DNA of 32,307 nt, from the NCBI GenBank assembly GCA_003221005.1, contig QHTZ01000084.1, forward strand, positions 1-32,307. Reading direction: 5' to 3'. This document shows positions 27,509 through 32,307 of the stretch, piece after piece. This DNA is from Gemmatimonadota bacterium. GTDB lineage: Bacteria > Gemmatimonadota > Gemmatimonadetes > Gemmatimonadales > GWC2-71-9. A program made the translations under genes and the position numbers. A model generated the notes under the pieces. It was not told the DNA's origin. It did no database searches and worked only from the letters and a program-made list of their open reading frames with translations. Positions within the stretch are counted from its first letter, which is position 1. Every line of letters begins with the position of its first letter.

Positions 27509-28324
27509 CTAGTCGACCGGAACGGACACCAGGGTCCAGACTGGACGATGGTCGCTCGCGCCGAGCGTGTCGCTCACGACACCGGCGCCGTCTGTGTGCG
27601 CGAAGCCCTTGAGGAAGACGTGGTCCCAGTTGAAAACCAGGTGGGTCCTGGGATTGTGCTCGGTGGGCCAGAGAAAGCCTGCTGCGCGGAACTCCTTGCC
27701 GATCCCCCGGCTGTTCATGTCGCCACTCACCACGACGCGCGGATAGAGGGCTGCATCGGCGAGGATCGCCCGCACCTGGTCGCGGCGCGAGCTCGGCCCG
27801 ATCTCGAGTGGCGTCCCGAGATGAACGCTGTAGACCCGCAGCGGGACGCCGTTGACCAGGATCGTCGCGGCCGTCGCGATCCGCTCCGTGTGCTCGAAAC
27901 GGGCGAGGTGGGGGAGCACGATTTTCTGATCTGCTACGATGGCCCAGCGCGAGAGGATGGCGTTGCCAAAGTCCTTGCCGGTGTTCCGGGGCACCGTGGC
28001 CGGATAGTACACGTAGGACATTCCCAGCGCCTCGGCGATGCGTCGCGTGCCTGGAGCGTCCATTTCCTGGAGCGTGATGATGTCGGCGTTCCGCAGCGCC
28101 GCGCTCGACTCCAACACAGCGATCGCCCGATCGATATGGCGGCCGTACTGGATGTTGAAGGTGACCATGCGGATCGTGTTGGCTCCGCTCCGGGCGGCAG
28201 GTGTCGAGCGCGGGGGTACCGTCGCAGCGTAGCGCGGCCCAAGCGGGCTCTCGTAGTTGTAGCCCTGGCAACCGATCCCGCTGCCGAGAACTACAAGCGT
28301 AGCGGCCCGCGTGCGACGATTCAC
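27509..28324 (-). CDS. Endonuclease/exonuclease/phosphatase (EEP) family protein, probable lipoprotein
   Basis: TFNI, LQEMD, GNAILSRW, SVHL, GDMN, DHVF, SDHRPV; N-terminal hydrophobic stretch ending GIGC. Confidence 0.88.
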   Translation of the reverse strand: MNRRTRAATLVVLGSGIGCQGYNYESPLGPRYAATVPPRSTPAARSGANTIRMVTFNIQYGRHIDRAIAVLESSAALRNADIITLQEMDAPGTRRIAEALGMSYVYYPATVPRNTGKDFGNAILSRWAIVADQKIVLPHLARFEHTERIATAATILVNGVPLRVYSVHLGTPLEIGPSSRRDQVRAILADAALYPRVVVSGDMNSRGIGKEFRAAGFLWPTEHNPRTHLVFNWDHVFLKGFAHTDGAGVVSDTLGASDHRPVWTLVSVPVD

Positions 28325-28362
28325 AGTGTGAGAAGATACCCGAGCGGAGGCTGCCAGGCAGG

Positions 28363-30168
<1,806 letters not shown>

Positions 30169-30183
30169 GGGACGGGAATATAG

Positions 30184-30253
30184 AGGTGCCAGGTATCAGG
30201 TGTCGTGTCAGGGTCTGTCACCCCTCACACCTGACACCCGACACCTGACGCCT
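30184..30253. repeat. Inverted heptamer tandem repeat (AGGTGTC-like x3 / GACACCT-like x4) in the lepA-rho divergent intergenic region
   Basis: AGGTGCC AGGTATC AGGTGTC at 30184-30204 and CACACCT GACACCC GACACCT GACGCCT at 30226-30253. Confidence 0.82.
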
Positions 30254-30271
30254 ATCTTTCATGCGTCTCCC

Positions 30272-31354
30272 ATGGCCTCCATCACCGGCTGGTTTGATCC
30301 CGTTCCGAAGGGCGGACACCTGCGCCTTGCAGTTCACGGGTATCTCCCGGCGCCAGGTGATCTGGCGGTGCGACTCCCGGGCTTGCGCCGCGGCGACCGT
30401 GTCACGCTCGCCGACGGCCGGGTCACTGCGGTGAACGGTGTTCCACCCACCGCGCTTGCCGAGCGCGCCGAGTTTCCGAAGCTCGGCGCCGTGCACCCCT
30501 CGCGGGCGCTCGCCCTCGAGACCCCGCGGGCGTCGAGCCCGCGCACGGCGGACATCCAGCGCGTGGTGGACCTCATCTGCCCGTTGGGCTTCGGCCAGCG
30601 CGCGCTCATCGTGTCGCCTCCCAAGGCCGGGAAGACCATCGTGCTGCAGGCCGTGGCCGAGAGCGTGGCGCTCAACTATCCCGCGGCGGAGCTGCTGCTG
30701 CTGCTCGTGGACGAGCGTCCCGAAGAGGTGAGCGAGATGGTGGACTGGGGGCGGGGAGAGGTGATCGCCTCGAGCTTCGATTTGCCGCAGGAGCGGCACG
30801 TGGCCGTGGCGGAGATGGTGTTTGAGCATGCGCGCCGGCAAGTGGAGCTCGGTCGGGACGTCGTCATCGTGCTGGACTCGCTCACCCGCCTGGCCCGCTC
30901 GCACAATACCACGGGCAGGAGCAGCCGTCGCACCCTGTCGGGCGGTCTCGATGCCAACGCGCTCGCCAAGCCGAAGGCGCTGTTCGGCGCCGCGCGCGCG
31001 GTCCCAGAAGGCGGATCCCTCACCGTGATCGCGACGGCCTTGGTGGAGACGGAGAGCCGCATGGACGAGGTCATCTTCGAGGAGTTCAAGGGGACCGGCA
31101 ACGCCGAGCTGCGGCTCACGCGGGAGCTCGCGGACCGGCGCATCTACCCCGCGGTGGACGTCGCGGCCAGCGGTACGCGGCGCGAGGAGCTACTCGCCGA
31201 CGCGGGCGTAGTGGCGGCGCGGCAGGCGCTGCGCCGCGCCCTCGTGGGGCTGCCACCGGACCAGGCCATGTCCACCCTGCTGACGCAGCTGCGGCGCTTC
31301 CCTACCAACGCGGAGCTGCTGAGTCAGTTCCCGCTGTCCACCACCCGCCTGTAG
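30272..31354 (+). CDS. rho: Transcription termination factor Rho, short form (360 aa)
   Basis: Start re-called at ATG 30272; PLGFGQRALIVSPPKAGKT, LVDERPEEV, LDSLTRLAR, LSGGLD, IFEEFKGTGNAEL, SGTRREELL. Confidence 0.9.
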   Translation: MASITGWFDPVPKGGHLRLAVHGYLPAPGDLAVRLPGLRRGDRVTLADGRVTAVNGVPPTALAERAEFPKLGAVHPSRALALETPRASSPRTADIQRVVDLICPLGFGQRALIVSPPKAGKTIVLQAVAESVALNYPAAELLLLLVDERPEEVSEMVDWGRGEVIASSFDLPQERHVAVAEMVFEHARRQVELGRDVVIVLDSLTRLARSHNTTGRSSRRTLSGGLDANALAKPKALFGAARAVPEGGSLTVIATALVETESRMDEVIFEEFKGTGNAELRLTRELADRRIYPAVDVAASGTRREELLADAGVVAARQALRRALVGLPPDQAMSTLLTQLRRFPTNAELLSQFPLSTTRL

Positions 31355-32307
31355 CTCTCCGGATCCCAGCGCGGCCGCCTCGGCGCTCCCGCGATCTCCA
31401 GGCCGACGTAGAAGAGCAGCTTGACGATCCGCGACTCCTTTTCGCCGTCGATCTTTGACACCTCGTCCGACACCTGGTGGTAATCGGGATGCGTGCCGTT
31501 GAAGAAAAACAGGATCGGGATCCCGCGGCGCGCGAAGTTGTAGTGATCGGAGCGGGTGTAGAAGTGCTCCAGCGGCCAGATGTCCCCGATCGGCGTCATG
31601 CTGAGCTCCGGATGCGCCCGCGCCACGCGATCGACAGTGACTCCCAGGTCCGACTGCTCCTTTCCGATCACCGCGATCGTGTCCTTCCAGTTCCGGCCGA
31701 CCATATCGCTGTTGAGGTCCGCCACCACGGCGTCGAGCGGCACCGTCGGGTGGTCGGTGAAGTACTCGCTTCCCCACAGTCCCCTCTCCTCACCGCTCAC
31801 GGTCATGAACACGAGCGAGCGCTTGGGGTGCGGCGTGAGCTGCGCGAACGCCTGGGCTAGCTCGATGACTGCTGTGGTGCCGGAGGCGTCGTCATCTGCG
31901 CCGTTGCAGATCGAGTCGGCGCCGCGGGCGCGGCAGGCCGGGTTTCCCGGAGACGCCACGCCGATGTGGTCCATGTGGGCAGTGAAGAGGACGTATTCGC
32001 TCCGCAGTCGCGGATCGCTCCCCTCGAGCGTTGCAATGACGTTCGGCGCCGTCGTGGTTTCGACGACCCGCTCGCGAACGTGGAGGGCGAGGGTGAGCCC
32101 GCTCAGGCGCCGGAGGCTGCGGGTGCGCTGCGCCCGGAGCGCTGCGGCGTCCAGCCCGAGCTGTTGAGCCGCGGTGGCGTCACGGATCTCCGCGGCGGCG
32201 GGCACTAGTCCGCTGTCCTGCGGCCACATGCCGACGGCGAGTGTGGGTCGGGCGGCGTCGTCGAGCCGCGCCCGCCACTCCGCGTCGGGGCGATCGGAGA
32301 TCAAGAG
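31324..32307 (-). CDS. M28 family metallopeptidase, 5' end outside the window
   Basis: NVIATLEGSDP, TAHMDHIG, NGADDDASG, GEERGLWGS, DMVGR, RSDH, DYHQVSD. Confidence 0.92.
   Translation of the reverse strand, partial: LLISDRPDAEWRARLDDAARPTLAVGMWPQDSGLVPAAAEIRDATAAQQLGLDAAALRAQRTRSLRRLSGLTLALHVRERVVETTTAPNVIATLEGSDPRLRSEYVLFTAHMDHIGVASPGNPACRARGADSICNGADDDASGTTAVIELAQAFAQLTPHPKRSLVFMTVSGEERGLWGSEYFTDHPTVPLDAVVADLNSDMVGRNWKDTIAVIGKEQSDLGVTVDRVARAHPELSMTPIGDIWPLEHFYTRSDHYNFARRGIPILFFFNGTHPDYHQVSDEVSKIDGEKESRIVKLLFYVGLEIAGAPRRPRWDPESYRRVVDSGN

Overview
GC-rich bacterial chromosomal segment of mostly housekeeping genes, nearly all on the minus strand and coupled by ATGA/GTGA overlaps. Gene content and style suggest Gemmatimonadota (inference, not verified). 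Left to right: HD-domain dNTPase-like gene (partial), pckA (broken by an internal deletion and frameshift), maeB, a matrixin-like lipoprotein, a beta-barrel-like protein, an ATPase-less metal uptake cluster (frameshifted permease, ZnuA-like binding protein, His-tailed outer-membrane protein) headed by a small secreted His/Cys-rich ORF ending in RAPP, nfo, pcm, a pseudo-REC-GAF-GGDEF protein (+), an ABC-2/HlyD exporter, envC-ftsX-ftsE, a Cys/Met PLP enzyme, a STAS-like/HATPase pair, PfkB and ROK kinases, waaF, a beta-barrel + giant PLD-like + EEP trio, lepA, a short Rho (+) and a partial M28 peptidase. I saw no rRNA, tRNA, CRISPR array or transposase. Best candidates for new biology: (1) a putative metal-sensing RAPP ribosome-arrest peptide with a matching anti-Shine-Dalgarno switch upstream of the metal uptake genes; (2) a ~1000-aa secreted PLD-like protein between an EEP lipoprotein and a beta-barrel; (3) inverted short-tandem-repeat hairpins inside signal-peptide coding sequence and in a divergent promoter region. 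All product calls come from motif recognition by eye; no searches were run.
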